The translations under genes and the position numbers were made by a program. A DNA stretch of 64,000 bases from Ignisphaera sp. (GTDB lineage Archaea > Thermoproteota > Thermoprotei_A > Sulfolobales > Ignisphaeraceae). The notes below the pieces were generated by a model, which was given only the letters and a program-made list of their open reading frames with translations, had not been told where the DNA came from and did not search any database. The stretch is from positions 279,764 through 343,763 of the forward strand of contig JAWAHS010000001.1 of assembly GCA_038889075.1 (NCBI GenBank), in the 5' to 3' direction. Of this stretch, positions 32,407 to 43,223 are shown one piece after another (position 1 is the stretch's first letter; each line of letters opens with the position of its first letter).

Positions 32407-32462
32407 CAAGATGATGAGTGGGACCCTCTATGATTGATGAAGATGGTTAGAGATTCTGATCA
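32407..32462 (+). ncRNA. C/D-box guide sRNA
   Basis: C ATGATGA (32411), 12-nt guide, D' ATGA, C' TTGATGA (32434), guide, D CTGA (32456); intergenic. Confidence 0.8.
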
Positions 32463-32582
32463 TCAAACACCCTTGAGACCTATCTGCACATCCGATTGAA
32501 GGTCGTTACTAATGGTCCAAAACATCATTTGTGAAACATTTAATACGGGCTCGATTATAATATACAAAGGATGTCGTGTTAA

Positions 32583-33392
32583 TTACACTAACACTAGTTG
32601 TGTAGTTTGACTTTGCACTTTCTTTATAACATTTCCTAAACCTATATACGAAAGAATCCAAGCTGTTAATGTAAGAATTGCAGTAGCAATGGCAATAAAT
32701 ATCCCTATAAGTGGTAAGGCTGCCATCAGACCCATGATGATTAGTAGTATAAAGAGTATGGCTGCTATTAAAAGTGGTACTTCATTGAATACACTATGGA
32801 ATCTAAGGAAGAGTAATATTAGTCCAATATTTCCAACAAGCCATAGAAGACCTCCTATCAATATTATTGCTAGACCTCCAAATAATGGTGCTAGAAATCT
32901 TAGAAAATCCATAGGATTTGAAAATGTTCCTCTACCACCTATTGTGGGAAGTAATGTTATAGCTAGCACAATCATTATTCCAATTCCAAATATGATAAGT
33001 ATTAAACCTCCTATATAACCAATCTTCATGAGTGTTGAAGGTGTTGAAAAGTCCTCTCTCCACTTCTTTAGTTTATTTGACCCAGGAATAAATTTTATAT
33101 AGATTGCGTATACTGTAAGGATTAGAGAAACTATACCGAATACTCCCATAATTGCAGCCACCGTAATTAACGAGCCTAGAATATCTAACGATTTTAGTAG
33201 ATCTATGGAAGGTGCTGCCCTACGCATTACCGTGCCGAGCGGTAGTACTGATAAATATGGAAACACAAATACGATGATCAACACCGTTGCCGTTAGTGAT
33301 AACCCATTTGCTATTATCATAGCCAACGATCCTTTTCTGAAATCCTCAATACCTTTTAGGGCGAGATTTCTAATGTTTTCACTAATGCTCAA
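32583..33392 (-). CDS. Multi-pass membrane protein (DUF973-like)
   Basis: About 6 TM helices; typical crenarchaeal pattern with GIEDFRKG start and LSYIGLG end. Confidence 0.7.
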   Translation of the reverse strand: MSISENIRNLALKGIEDFRKGSLAMIIANGLSLTATVLIIVFVFPYLSVLPLGTVMRRAAPSIDLLKSLDILGSLITVAAIMGVFGIVSLILTVYAIYIKFIPGSNKLKKWREDFSTPSTLMKIGYIGGLILIIFGIGIMIVLAITLLPTIGGRGTFSNPMDFLRFLAPLFGGLAIILIGGLLWLVGNIGLILLFLRFHSVFNEVPLLIAAILFILLIIMGLMAALPLIGIFIAIATAILTLTAWILSYIGLGNVIKKVQSQTTQLVLV

Positions 33393-33597
33393 CTACATCT
33401 ACCCACAGTACACATATTTCCAAACAATTATAAGTGTTTCAGAACGATATTAAAACTCAGTAGATATAGAACTTAGATTAGAATATATTTACAACTAACC
33501 CTCTTCTCTAAATTCAACATAAAACCTAAATAAATAAACCTTTCATCTCTACTCTTTACGTAAAGATCTCAGTGTAAAGCTTAATTATCTTTGCTAA

Positions 33598-35022
33598 GTG
33601 ATAGTGAGCAAGGGTGGCGGTATGTCGATAATGGATAGGGATATTGAGAGTGCCGTAGATACCATTACAAAATGTATTGATGAGAATAAGCTTGAAGAAG
33701 CTGCTAAGCTATTCGACGCTCTCGATCCTCCTAGAGCCATGGATGTTATTCTAAGGCTTGATAGTGACGAAAGGATGAAGCTATTTACGGCAGCTGATCT
33801 CAATAACCTGCTCGAGGTTCTAGCCCGTTTACCTGATGAAATTATATATGAGATTGCTTCTGTTAAAGGGGTCGATGACATGGCTAAGACGATAGTAAAG
33901 CTACCCATTGATGAGATTGCCGATGTTCTTTTCAAACTTCCTTCGAAAATGAGGATTGAGATTCTAAGAGTTCTACCAAGCGAGCTTTCATCAGAGGTTG
34001 TAAAGGTTATGAAATTTCCTCCCGAGAGTGTCGGAGGTATAATGACTACCCAAATACCTGTTTTTGAAGAGAATGTCACCGTAGGTGAGGCACTCGATAC
34101 CTATATACATAGGACTAAGCTTGGTCTCTACGATAAACATAACTACATATATGTTATTGATAGAAATGGAAAACTTGTTGGTCACATCGACACAAAGGTT
34201 CTCTTAACTAAACCAAGGAATTTGAAGCTAGGTAATTGTATAGAGAAAGTACGGGTAACTGTAGACCCTTTTAGTGATCGTGAAGAAGCCTCTAAAATAG
34301 CTGTAACCTATGATCTTATAGAGGTTCCTGTTGTAGATATGGATGGTAGATTTCTAGGGATTGTATCGCTGGACGATCTTCTAGATGTTATGGTCAGCGA
34401 GTATTCTGAAGATCTATTAAAGTACGGAGGTTTTATAGAGACTATAAAAAGCAGCTATATAGCTACAAATCCACTTAAACTTGCTTTAAGAAGAGTTCCT
34501 ACATTAGTATATCTCTATCTCATAAATATAATCACAGGTGGAATTACGGCCATATTCGAAGATGTTATACAGAGAACGGCCATACTTGCTGCCTTCATGC
34601 CTATGCTAGCCGACAATTCAGGTAATATAGGTTCACAAGCTTCCGCATTAATTTTAAGAGGCCTCGTCACAGGCGAAATTAGGCTATCTAAGAGTGACAT
34701 AGTGAAAATATTAGTGAAGGAATTTGCAACAACAACAATTATGCTTATACTTTTAGCACCTCTATCATTCATCATAGGATTCGTCATACCCTATACAACA
34801 AAATGGGATCTGGAATACGCTTTAGGGATAGCATCTGTTGTCACCATAGCTCTAGCTGTCTCATGTTACGTCGCTGATATAGTTGGATCACTACTTCCAA
34901 TACTATTAGCTAGGATACGAATAGATCCCGCAACAGCATCAGCACCCGTTGTAACAAGTATAGGTGATATAATTACAGTATCAGTCTACTTCACCGTAGC
35001 TTCCCTATTATTTAGACTATAA
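33598..35022 (+). CDS. mgtE: Magnesium transporter MgtE
   Basis: N domain, tandem CBS domains, GNIGSQ and DPATASAP..T..GD motifs. Confidence 0.95.
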   Translation: MIVSKGGGMSIMDRDIESAVDTITKCIDENKLEEAAKLFDALDPPRAMDVILRLDSDERMKLFTAADLNNLLEVLARLPDEIIYEIASVKGVDDMAKTIVKLPIDEIADVLFKLPSKMRIEILRVLPSELSSEVVKVMKFPPESVGGIMTTQIPVFEENVTVGEALDTYIHRTKLGLYDKHNYIYVIDRNGKLVGHIDTKVLLTKPRNLKLGNCIEKVRVTVDPFSDREEASKIAVTYDLIEVPVVDMDGRFLGIVSLDDLLDVMVSEYSEDLLKYGGFIETIKSSYIATNPLKLALRRVPTLVYLYLINIITGGITAIFEDVIQRTAILAAFMPMLADNSGNIGSQASALILRGLVTGEIRLSKSDIVKILVKEFATTTIMLILLAPLSFIIGFVIPYTTKWDLEYALGIASVVTIALAVSCYVADIVGSLLPILLARIRIDPATASAPVVTSIGDIITVSVYFTVASLLFRL

Positions 35023-35243
35023 ACATATCAACCCTTCACTAGTACGGAATGCCAAACCATTGAAAACAACAGAAAGCTGTTCAACAGGTAATGCAATAGG
35101 GATATATTCACTTCACTACAGTACAATAGTTCCTTCACATGTATTTTATCAATCGAATTGAAATTGATACCTATCCAAATCCGTTATAAACATACTAGAA
35201 GACATATAAAATTAGCTACTATAATCCTAATGTACATAACTTA

Positions 35244-35861
35244 TTGCCTAATATAGTGAACACTATGGTAGTTGTAGTTATATTGGCGGGGGGTATGTCA
35301 ACCAGATTTTTAGCGGGTGACAAGCTACTTTATCCAATTAAAGGAAAACCTATGATCAAGTATGTGATAGACTCTATATCGAGATGCAAACATATAACGA
35401 AGGTCGTAGCTATCTCTTCACAGTCAAATATAAATAGTGTTAATGAGTACGTAGAAACATTACAGGATCCATTTCAAATTGGTCCCTTAGGAGCTGTATA
35501 CATAGCTTTAAAGACGTTCAGTGAGGCTCTTATTATAGGAGGAGACATGCCTTATATAGACTGTACGTGTCTAGATATCATATTAGAGCACTGTAAAAAC
35601 AGTAGAAACATCTTTGCATGCATGCCCCAATACGACGACTATCTAGAACCACTCTTATCACTATACAGAAGATCTATGCTAGATGCAATAGAATATGGTA
35701 TAGCGAACGGAATACTGAGTTTACAGAAGCTTATAAAGGTGCTAAAAATACCCATCAAGACTATTAGTATCTATAACTTACATATATTAAAGAAATGTCT
35801 CACTAACGTGAATTCTATTGATGATATACGTTACTGTGATCTTCATCAGATACTAACCTAG
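35244..35861 (+). CDS. mobA: Molybdenum cofactor guanylyltransferase
   Basis: ILAGGMSTRF..DK, GPLGA, GDMP, EPL and NVN motifs. Confidence 0.88.
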   Translation: MPNIVNTMVVVVILAGGMSTRFLAGDKLLYPIKGKPMIKYVIDSISRCKHITKVVAISSQSNINSVNEYVETLQDPFQIGPLGAVYIALKTFSEALIIGGDMPYIDCTCLDIILEHCKNSRNIFACMPQYDDYLEPLLSLYRRSMLDAIEYGIANGILSLQKLIKVLKIPIKTISIYNLHILKKCLTNVNSIDDIRYCDLHQILT

Positions 35862-35899
35862 TGAATTGTAGCAATCGAATAGTAAATTAATTGTATTAA

Positions 35900-36676
35900 T
35901 TACTCTTGCATCGAGTAGACGGTGAGCCTTACATTTTCATCTCTATTTATCTGACTAAATTTCTTTAAAGCTTCCTCACCAAGAAGCCTTAAATTGCTAC
36001 TCCATACTACTAACGATGGAGTGAATTCTTTCCTATCTAGATCTACGGCTATACTGAACATCCAATCTCCACTAAGTAATAAAACGACGTACTTTCCATT
36101 TCTATATTTAGAATATAGATAATCAATTAATTCAAGTACGTCTCCTAATTCGCCTAGTTTAATTATCTTTCTCTCGACTATAGGGTATTTTATTGCTGCC
36201 GAAATTGCTGTCACCTCAGCAAATCCATCAAGAAAAGATTCGAATGCTCTACTCATTTTAAATATTTGATGAGCTGTATTGCTGCTGCCCTTCTTTTGTG
36301 TCTCGTATAATCTAATACCTCTTTTAATCGCATCCAAAATCGATGAACATAGATGACTGTATTCCTTATTAATACACTCAAGATACCATTCACTACCCTT
36401 CGGATGGAGCCTTGCAAATGCTTCTAGAAACCCTTCATCTGTTAGAATTCCAAAAACGAATACATTGCTTCCAACCATGTATATCTTTACATTGTATTTC
36501 ATTTCAAATTTCTTTATAAAGCCTTTTTTAGTACTAATTACAATGATGCCGTCTGCATTATTTATGGGAAACCCTAGTCTAGCAAATAGTTCATACATTT
36601 CGTCTACTGTAGTTATCGGCAGTATACCACTGTGTACTTTTACCATTGACATATCTAACGACCATCTCATCTGCAT
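35900..36676 (-). CDS. Hypothetical protein
   Basis: 258 aa ORF with normal composition. Confidence 0.7.
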   Translation of the reverse strand: MQMRWSLDMSMVKVHSGILPITTVDEMYELFARLGFPINNADGIIVISTKKGFIKKFEMKYNVKIYMVGSNVFVFGILTDEGFLEAFARLHPKGSEWYLECINKEYSHLCSSILDAIKRGIRLYETQKKGSSNTAHQIFKMSRAFESFLDGFAEVTAISAAIKYPIVERKIIKLGELGDVLELIDYLYSKYRNGKYVVLLLSGDWMFSIAVDLDRKEFTPSLVVWSSNLRLLGEEALKKFSQINRDENVRLTVYSMQE

Positions 36677-37002
36677 CAGTATTCTTCTTCCTATACTATT
36701 GTTTTATTGCTTAACTGACTAATAAATACTCATCTTATATATTCTCTCCGCACCATATTTAGTAGTAAAGAGTTTTTACATATCGGATAGTTACGTCAGA
36801 CCATACATTTCTGTCTTTTACACTCAAGTTTTCCCATCGATAAAGTATCGAATTGATATTTCATTGAAGATCGTATAGCTATTGCCATAAAGATAGCCTG
36901 CGAGAGATAAAGCACATACCTTTCATCCTTGACTACCATCAAGCATAAAGCTCAACAATAATAGCAACTAAAATCTATTTATTAAAAGAATTCTAACCTA
37001 GG

Positions 37003-37374
37003 TTAACCATTTTCATAGCCTCTAAAGATTCCTAGTCCAACTCTACAGGGCTGTCCACCAAGGCTTTCTATCATAAGTAGCCTCTTTTTTAAATGATCAG
37101 CTCTACGACCATTCACTGTATACCCTCCTAGTTCTCCATCAGATTTTACTACCCTGTGACATGGTATGGCTATAGGATTTCTGTTTTCCTTAAGGATTTT
37201 AGCTACGTATCTTGGGGTTATTCCTAAAACTTTAGCTATCTCACTATATGTTGTTACACATCCAATTGGTACTAACTGAATTAATGCATATACAATTTCA
37301 GCTATATCATCTTTCGTAGCCCTCCTTATAATAATAGTGTTACTATTGTGAATCTCGATTACTGGAATTGACAT
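37003..37374 (-). CDS. MGMT/Ogt-family DNA alkyltransferase (C-terminal domain only)
   Basis: IPIG.VTTY-like HTH, NP..IPCHRVV active-site motif. Confidence 0.88.
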   Translation of the reverse strand: MSIPVIEIHNSNTIIIRRATKDDIAEIVYALIQLVPIGCVTTYSEIAKVLGITPRYVAKILKENRNPIAIPCHRVVKSDGELGGYTVNGRRADHLKKRLLMIESLGGQPCRVGLGIFRGYENG

Positions 37375-37381
37375 GATATAG

Positions 37382-38500
37382 CTAGCCTATGAAATCCTTT
37401 ATAAATCTACCATTTTCATATATAAGATCTCCATCAGCATATACCTTGCCTTTTCTCATATCTTTAATCATATCCCAGTGAATAGAGGATTTATTTACAC
37501 CACCTGTTTTCAGATATGCTGATCCTAATGCTAGATGTATGGTACCACCAATTTTTTCATCAAATAGAATCTCCTTTGTAAATTTCGTTATATCGTAATT
37601 GAGACCAAATGCTAGCTCACCAACTCTTTTTGCTCCGACATCTACCTCTATTAGCTTCTTTAGAAATTCTTCACCTTTTAAAGCTGAAGCGGCTACCACT
37701 TCCCCTCTTCTAAACTCTAATCTAATGCCCTCAACTTCAACTCCACTATATACTGCAGGATAGTTGAATACTATTCGTCCCTCAATGCTATCTTCGTGAG
37801 GTGCTGTAAAAACTTCGCCTCCAGGCATATTATTCTTTCCATCATCATTAATCCAGTTTCTTCCTCCAATTTTTACCGTCAAATCCGTATCACTATTAAT
37901 AATCCTAAGCTCGTCAACCTTACTTAGAAGATTTATAACCCTTTCCTGCATTTTACCCTGTCGAATCCATGCATCAATAGGGTTCTCTGTGTGAAGTTTG
38001 ATAGCCCTATAGACAAATTCCTCGAATTCAATGATAGACATACCTGCCTCCTGCGCCATCGCTCTAGTTGGATACGGTGCTATAACCCACTGTAGCTCCC
38101 CCATACCATCCCTTCTCAAAAATGTTTCCCTGATCTCACTTAGCGCTTTAGATCTAATCTTTATCCTATTAGGATCTATGCCTACAAGAGGCTTTGAGTG
38201 AGTAGGTGATAGAATACTTACCATTACATCTACTTTTTCCATTATAAACTTATCTATTGGTGACACGTATTCTAGAAGTTCCTGCATAGCATACCTATAC
38301 AGAATTTCAGTTAAAATGTCCTCCACCACTATAAACCTCGGATACCCCCCTCTCAATACCACACCCTTCCATACCTCTCTTACTAGTGGAAAAGCCTCGA
38401 TAGACGCTTGTATCACTACCTCATTGAACTTCCTAATATTTACACAGTAATCTAAAATGAGATTAGAATACGTATCTAAATTCAATTCCCAGTCCCTCAC
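37382..38500 (-). CDS. M29 family aminopeptidase (AmpS/AmpT-like)
   Basis: NMPGGEVFTAP, GELAFG, LFDEKIGGTIHLALG and SSIHWD motifs. Confidence 0.93.
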   Translation of the reverse strand: MRDWELNLDTYSNLILDYCVNIRKFNEVVIQASIEAFPLVREVWKGVVLRGGYPRFIVVEDILTEILYRYAMQELLEYVSPIDKFIMEKVDVMVSILSPTHSKPLVGIDPNRIKIRSKALSEIRETFLRRDGMGELQWVIAPYPTRAMAQEAGMSIIEFEEFVYRAIKLHTENPIDAWIRQGKMQERVINLLSKVDELRIINSDTDLTVKIGGRNWINDDGKNNMPGGEVFTAPHEDSIEGRIVFNYPAVYSGVEVEGIRLEFRRGEVVAASALKGEEFLKKLIEVDVGAKRVGELAFGLNYDITKFTKEILFDEKIGGTIHLALGSAYLKTGGVNKSSIHWDMIKDMRKGKVYADGDLIYENGRFIKDFIG

Positions 38501-38939
38501 CTATAGCATTTCTAATCCCAATCATATAAAGTTTTACTAAATAGTATGTTAACATTAATCTTAAATAGTTAGCTATCGATTAAATGAGTAATATTTCTCT
38601 ATTTAGCTGACTAAGATAACTTGCCCACCTAGTTTCCTAATGATTCTAGCTGATAGTATAGTCTATCCATAATATAGCAAATATTTACTGTCAAGGATAC
38701 GACAATACCACATGAGAATTCTGATAGATACACCAATTCTGTTTCTGTACAATTATTAAATTTATAAATTCTAACAGATACACTAACCTACAATGATATT
38801 TGCCTCCGAAACCAATGTATTAGAGGTATCATGGTGCCATTATGATTCCATATATAGAAAAATTCTAAACCGCTACAAGGATTAGGAGAATAATGATACC
38901 CATTCAGATACTTAACTATATAGTCTGTGGATTGATTGT

Positions 38940-40007
38940 ATGAGCATCCACATACTCTATACCGATGTTTTTCATCTCCATAAACCACCATCTGGAACTT
39001 ACCATCCTGAAAATCCAAATAGGCTAAACATCGCAATTAATGCTATAAAGAGAATCTATTCACCCCAGAGAATGATTATAGATAGTAGAATAGATTTTGA
39101 GACCAGCAATCTACACTATATAGTTAGAGCCCATGATAGAAGTTATGTAGAGTTCATTAATAGTTTTTGTAACACTGGCGATATTTACATAGATGGCGAT
39201 ACCTACATTTCGAAAAATACATGTAGCGTTGCCGAGATGGCTACAATAACATCTATAAAATCCATTGAGATTGCACTATCACAGCATGAAGTATTAGTAT
39301 TTGCATTGGTTAGACCTCCAGGACATCATGTAGGTAAATATGGTAGAGCAATGGGTGCACCTACACAAGGTTTCTGCATATATAATAACATTGCCATAGC
39401 TGCCCTATATGCTATAGATAGAGGCTATTCACCATTTATCATAATGGATATAGATGTGCATCATGGTAATGGAACACAGGAACTATTTTGGTATGAACCA
39501 AGAGTAATCCATATTGATGTTCACCAGTATGGTATATATCCAGGGACAGGCTCTATAGATTCCATTGGTGGTGGTGAAGCCAAGGGAACAAAAATCAATA
39601 TACCTCTCTCACCGTATTCTAAGGATGACGATTACATATACGTTGTCAGTGAGATATTCATACCAATTATAGAGACTGTTAAACCTAAAGCCATAGCGGT
39701 TTCAGCAGGCTTTGATGCATACAAAAATGACGGTCTTAGCGAAATGGAGGTTACCCAAAAATTCTACATTTTTTACGGTACTTTACTTAGGGCATTGAGT
39801 AGGAAAATGGGCATCGGTATTGCTGCAATTCTTGAAGGAGGCTATAGTGTTGGTCTAAGAGAAGGTATACCATCCTTTATGCTAGGCTTTCTTAACGATT
39901 TTAGTAAATATGAAGAGATGTGGAAAAGTATTTCACCCTCTAAAAGAACAGTTGAAATTATTACAAAAGTTAAGAATGTCCTGAAACCATTTATACGATT
40001 CGACTGA
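38940..40007 (+). CDS. Histone deacetylase family amidohydrolase
   Basis: HPE, RPPGHH, GFC, DIDVHHGNGT, SAGFD and LEGGY motifs. Confidence 0.95.
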   Translation: MSIHILYTDVFHLHKPPSGTYHPENPNRLNIAINAIKRIYSPQRMIIDSRIDFETSNLHYIVRAHDRSYVEFINSFCNTGDIYIDGDTYISKNTCSVAEMATITSIKSIEIALSQHEVLVFALVRPPGHHVGKYGRAMGAPTQGFCIYNNIAIAALYAIDRGYSPFIIMDIDVHHGNGTQELFWYEPRVIHIDVHQYGIYPGTGSIDSIGGGEAKGTKINIPLSPYSKDDDYIYVVSEIFIPIIETVKPKAIAVSAGFDAYKNDGLSEMEVTQKFYIFYGTLLRALSRKMGIGIAAILEGGYSVGLREGIPSFMLGFLNDFSKYEEMWKSISPSKRTVEIITKVKNVLKPFIRFD

Positions 40008-40096
40008 GTAGTAGTTCTATTCAAAGTTGTATCTCAAATTACAATGTATAGAACACACTACGGAAAGATTTCCTATTAAATTCACTATTAGTTGCC

Positions 40097-40597
40097 TTAC
40101 TGTCTTTTTAACTCGTATATGGCATGCGGTGCCATTAGACATATTATTTCATCTAATGCGAGTCTTATTGCATTTGGATTGCCTGGTACTATAAATACAA
40201 TTGTATCTTTAACGATATATGCAGTTGCCCTAGAAAGGTATGCAGCAATACCTACTTCTTTATAGCTAAGGAGTCTAAATAGTTCCCCGAAACCAGGTAG
40301 CTCCCTCCATGCTATTTCTCTAATAGCTTCAATACTTACATCTCTACGGCTTATACCTGTACCTCCGGTGACGATAATAATGTCGCATCCCTCCGTGCAT
40401 TCAATGACCCTTCTCTGAATTTCTGCAATATTATTTGGAACAATTTGATAGCTTGAGAGTACTGCTCCCTTGCAGAAGTTAGCTATACTATCGGCAATAG
40501 GTTTCACATCATCGTCTCTAAGCCCTCTATACACAGAGTCGCTTGTTACTATGAAACATATTCTATAGCTTTCTACGGTATAATTTCTATGATTCAC
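40097..40597 (-). CDS. moaB: MoaB/MogA molybdopterin adenylyltransferase
   Basis: VTSD, TGGTG..RDVS.EA, PGFGELFR, SRA and PG motifs. Confidence 0.9.
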   Translation of the reverse strand: MNHRNYTVESYRICFIVTSDSVYRGLRDDDVKPIADSIANFCKGAVLSSYQIVPNNIAEIQRRVIECTEGCDIIIVTGGTGISRRDVSIEAIREIAWRELPGFGELFRLLSYKEVGIAAYLSRATAYIVKDTIVFIVPGNPNAIRLALDEIICLMAPHAIYELKRQ

Positions 40598-40606
40598 AGT
40601 ACATCA

Positions 40607-41962
40607 CTATATAGGTCCTGGTACCATTGGTGGTATAGTGTATAAGGACTCTTCTACAACCATCTCTCTATCCTTGTTAACAGCTATATAAAGTGCTATC
40701 ATAGTTATTATACTACTTGAATATGAAAGTGGTGCTACTATGCTTCTACCCGTTTCACCCGCCAAATCCTTCGATGATATATTGACATCGTAAGCTACGT
40801 TTCTATCGACACCTACAACAATGCTCCACATAGGCGAGATTTTTAAAACATCTGTTATAATTCTTCCACTGAAATGTGTGAGAACTCCATTAACATCGTA
40901 TATGGCTATACCGTTAATCTTAACGGTTATTGGTACCCCTTGTTCTGATCGCACCAATATCGTATCTGAAAGTATTCTTTGCGTTGATGGAGGTCCATTT
41001 AAGAGGCCGGTCCAGTAAAGTCTGTTAAAAATAACCCTTGGATCATCTTTGGAGGGAGCTATTCTATCCCTTGTTAGTGGTGCATAAGCTGCTTGATCTT
41101 CACTGTAGCTTTCTCGATCTATATTCCAAACTCTTATATCAACTACATATGCTCCTCTCAAGTTCGGCGCTACTAAACCTGAGTATATACCTCCAAACAT
41201 AACGGCTACTAGCAGTATAGCTAAAATGATTTTTATAGTCTTTCCCAAGCCTACTTGCTGTGACCATGCGATGTATACTCTGAATAATCCGTAATCCTCT
41301 ACGAAATTCTTAGACCTCTTTCTAAACAGCATAAATATGGTAGCAATGCCTGCTACAAAACCCCCTACATGTGCAAAGAATGCGACGCTTCCAAACCTTA
41401 GATAGCCATAAATAACTTGTAGTGCAAACCAAAATACCAAAAATGCTGAGGCAACCGTAGTAAAGCATAGAGGTATTATGAAGAGAAAGTAGCATAGGGA
41501 TAGTCTTCTTCTAGGAAATAGCATAAGGTATGCACCAAGAATACCACTAATAGAACCTGAGGCTCCGACAGCTGGTATAATGAGATTAAGCGGCCCCCAG
41601 AGAGGAATAAAGCCTGTGTGGAAAATTATCGCTGACAACCCAGATATGAGATAAAGTAATGCAAATTTAGCACCTCCCAACACATTCTCTAACTCTTTAC
41701 CGAACATATAGAGGAACCACATATTGAAGAATATATGGAATATATCGCCATGTGTAAACATGCTCGATACTATTCTATACCATTGTTCCGGATACTGAAG
41801 AAGAACCGGGACGTAGGCTAATACATCTATCCAATCCTTAGACGTAGAGTAGAAAAAACTATTAGAAGATGTTATTAAATACACAATGGTGTTTAAAGCA
41901 ATGAGTAGATATGTAATCCATGGCCTCCTTCTCTTCTCCCACCATATCAAGTCATACGGCAT
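40607..41962 (-). CDS. Rhomboid intramembrane serine protease with C-terminal extension
   Basis: SMFTHGDIFHIFFNM, GASG and AHVGG motifs. Confidence 0.93.
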   Translation of the reverse strand: MPYDLIWWEKRRRPWITYLLIALNTIVYLITSSNSFFYSTSKDWIDVLAYVPVLLQYPEQWYRIVSSMFTHGDIFHIFFNMWFLYMFGKELENVLGGAKFALLYLISGLSAIIFHTGFIPLWGPLNLIIPAVGASGSISGILGAYLMLFPRRRLSLCYFLFIIPLCFTTVASAFLVFWFALQVIYGYLRFGSVAFFAHVGGFVAGIATIFMLFRKRSKNFVEDYGLFRVYIAWSQQVGLGKTIKIILAILLVAVMFGGIYSGLVAPNLRGAYVVDIRVWNIDRESYSEDQAAYAPLTRDRIAPSKDDPRVIFNRLYWTGLLNGPPSTQRILSDTILVRSEQGVPITVKINGIAIYDVNGVLTHFSGRIITDVLKISPMWSIVVGVDRNVAYDVNISSKDLAGETGRSIVAPLSYSSSIITMIALYIAVNKDREMVVEESLYTIPPMVPGPI

Positions 41963-42053
41963 TTAGTGCATACCTCTATAGCTCATTGTTACCTAGTATA
42001 TGCTTAAGCTGTATAAAAATATTATCACCACTCCTATTTACACAAAAGTAGTA

Positions 42054-42968
42054 CTACGTATGAATGATTACGGCAGGTTTTCCTAGTGGTACTCCGCTAT
42101 TCATTGAAACCGGATTACATTTAGCAACAAACATATATATAATTGGTTTTTCTATAAGATGCTCAACCTCAGTGAGATACTCATAGTTTGCCATCCCCTT
42201 TGAAATAATTACATCAGCACCCCATATAGCATCTACCACCTCTTTCTTGACATCGCTAAGAAATATGCTAGAGTCATCAGAACCTGTATCTATTACACTA
42301 CTAAAACTTTTCTCTAATTCCGCATAATATACATCATTTACTGAAACATCGTTTTGAAAAGCTCCACCTTTAATGATTGCAACCACATTTTTACCCTTAT
42401 TCCTAAGAACTTCAGCTAGTAACCTATCTAGAACAGCTTCACCTGCATTATCAAGAATCATCACCACATTCTCTGCCTTTTCAATAAGTTCTAAAGCTCT
42501 ACTGACGTCCCCATATATCTGTAGCTCTATCGCTTCTTTTAGTAGACGATCTACCTCAGGAGGCCTGTAGTTCACAACACCCATATCCAGCATATTTCCA
42601 ACCAGGGAAAACCTTAACGCCATCAATATTCTATCCCTAAATCCTCCTAACCTTAGGATAAATTCCCTGGCCTCTCTATAAACGTCCATAAGCTTTCTGT
42701 GAGCATCTATCTTAGAATTTATATAGGGATCTGTAATACCAGTACTTCTTTTAACTATTCTAAATAGTTCTGTTGCAATATATGTTGGTACACATCTAGG
42801 ATCATTCCGATTGATGCAGAAGGACGTAAGCTTATTCAATTCTTCAACTATTTTTCTCATCACTTCAATACGTTCATTTTCATTACTAAACATCATTGCT
42901 ATTTCCCTATACCTAACCTGCAACTGGCATGTTATACATTCAGCATAGAGCTTCAATGATTTAGCCAC
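42054..42968 (-). CDS. DUF89/ARMT1-like damage-control phosphatase
   Basis: ECITC, DPY, GNMLD, DNAGE, ND, SKGMANYE and KC motifs. Confidence 0.92.
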   Translation of the reverse strand: MAKSLKLYAECITCQLQVRYREIAMMFSNENERIEVMRKIVEELNKLTSFCINRNDPRCVPTYIATELFRIVKRSTGITDPYINSKIDAHRKLMDVYREAREFILRLGGFRDRILMALRFSLVGNMLDMGVVNYRPPEVDRLLKEAIELQIYGDVSRALELIEKAENVVMILDNAGEAVLDRLLAEVLRNKGKNVVAIIKGGAFQNDVSVNDVYYAELEKSFSSVIDTGSDDSSIFLSDVKKEVVDAIWGADVIISKGMANYEYLTEVEHLIEKPIIYMFVAKCNPVSMNSGVPLGKPAVIIHT

Positions 42969-43223
42969 CTCAACGCATTAGTTCAAAACTTAGCAGATAT
43001 AAATCCGAGCTTATATTTTCCAAATTACTACAGCTATACGATTTAAAATATATATTCAAGTTAGAATTCTTTTACAATAACGAAAGTAGACATCAGTTTT
43101 TATTTAAATCCCCTTTTAACTATATGGCCTTTTAAGGTAAACCACATTAAGCTTTAATACTTTAGCAATTAGTACGAGCAGATACGACTACAGATGCATC
43201 TTTAATAGTATAATGGTATATAG

